From assembly GCA_030141605.1 (NCBI GenBank), contig JAQGDQ010000129.1, positions 194,781-258,780 of the forward strand: a DNA stretch of 64,000 bases. Reading direction: 5' to 3'. The translations under genes were made by a program, and so were the position numbers. The stretch comes from Tubiluchus corallicola (taxonomy: Eukaryota; Animalia; Priapulida). This document shows positions 63,564-64,000 of this stretch, piece by piece. Numbering within the stretch: position 1 is the stretch's first letter; every line of letters begins with the position of its first letter. Under the pieces are notes generated by a model, which did no database searches, had not been told where the DNA came from, and was given only the letters and a program-made list of their open reading frames with translations.

Positions 63564-64000
63564 CTGAAGCAAAAGAAAAATGCATCTGTTTAACAGTGCT
63601 GAATGTTGGCAAAAAGTAAAAATTTAAAAAAACCGGAAATACTGTAAATTATCTTCCGAGCAGTTTATATTTTACTTTCCTTTCTCTTTTTTTCACATCA
63701 TCTGTGCTTAAAAGGTTGCCCCCAAATTTGGCGATTTTCAGGTGCTTTTTCTTCTTTTTTTCAATGACATGAAGATCACGTCTTTTCAATTTTTTGACTA
63801 TGGTATTTCTTATAATAAATACATTATCATTAAAACTTTTTGACATTATATTTGATTGAAATATCATATCTTACTAAACTAAAATTTTCAACTCACAATA
63901 ATACAAAATTTAAACGTGATTTTTTTAAAATAAGTATTAATCACATATGCAGTAACCAGAACCTTACAGCCTTAAGTTTTAAACAATTTCTAAATCAAAA

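Overview
AT-rich animal genomic DNA with spliceosomal introns, most likely from a protostome invertebrate (probably lophotrochozoan; this is inferred, not shown). Four protein-coding genes can be reconstructed by hand. (1) An allatostatin-A/galanin-family GPCR whose CDS has no introns (27178-28329, +). (2) A complete six-exon B9D1/MKSR1 ciliary transition-zone gene (55005->34179, -, 203 aa). (3) A zf-MYND gene with an unusual N-terminal domain, nested antisense in the 10.5-kb last intron of B9D1 (about 38150-39929, +), with a tight cluster of ISRE/IRF-type GAAANNGAAA motifs at its 5' end. (4) The 3' six coding exons of a MICAL-like gene with NPF motifs and a bMERB domain (63563->57552, -). The first 27 kb contain no recognisable gene, only microsatellites, MITEs and a tRNA-Thr-like remnant. 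B9D1 introns hold relics of BEL/Pao, CR1-like, hAT and Academ-like elements. The best leads are the nested, possibly IRF-inducible MYND gene and the AstA/galanin receptor-B9D1-MICAL-like neighbourhood, which may be ancient microsynteny.
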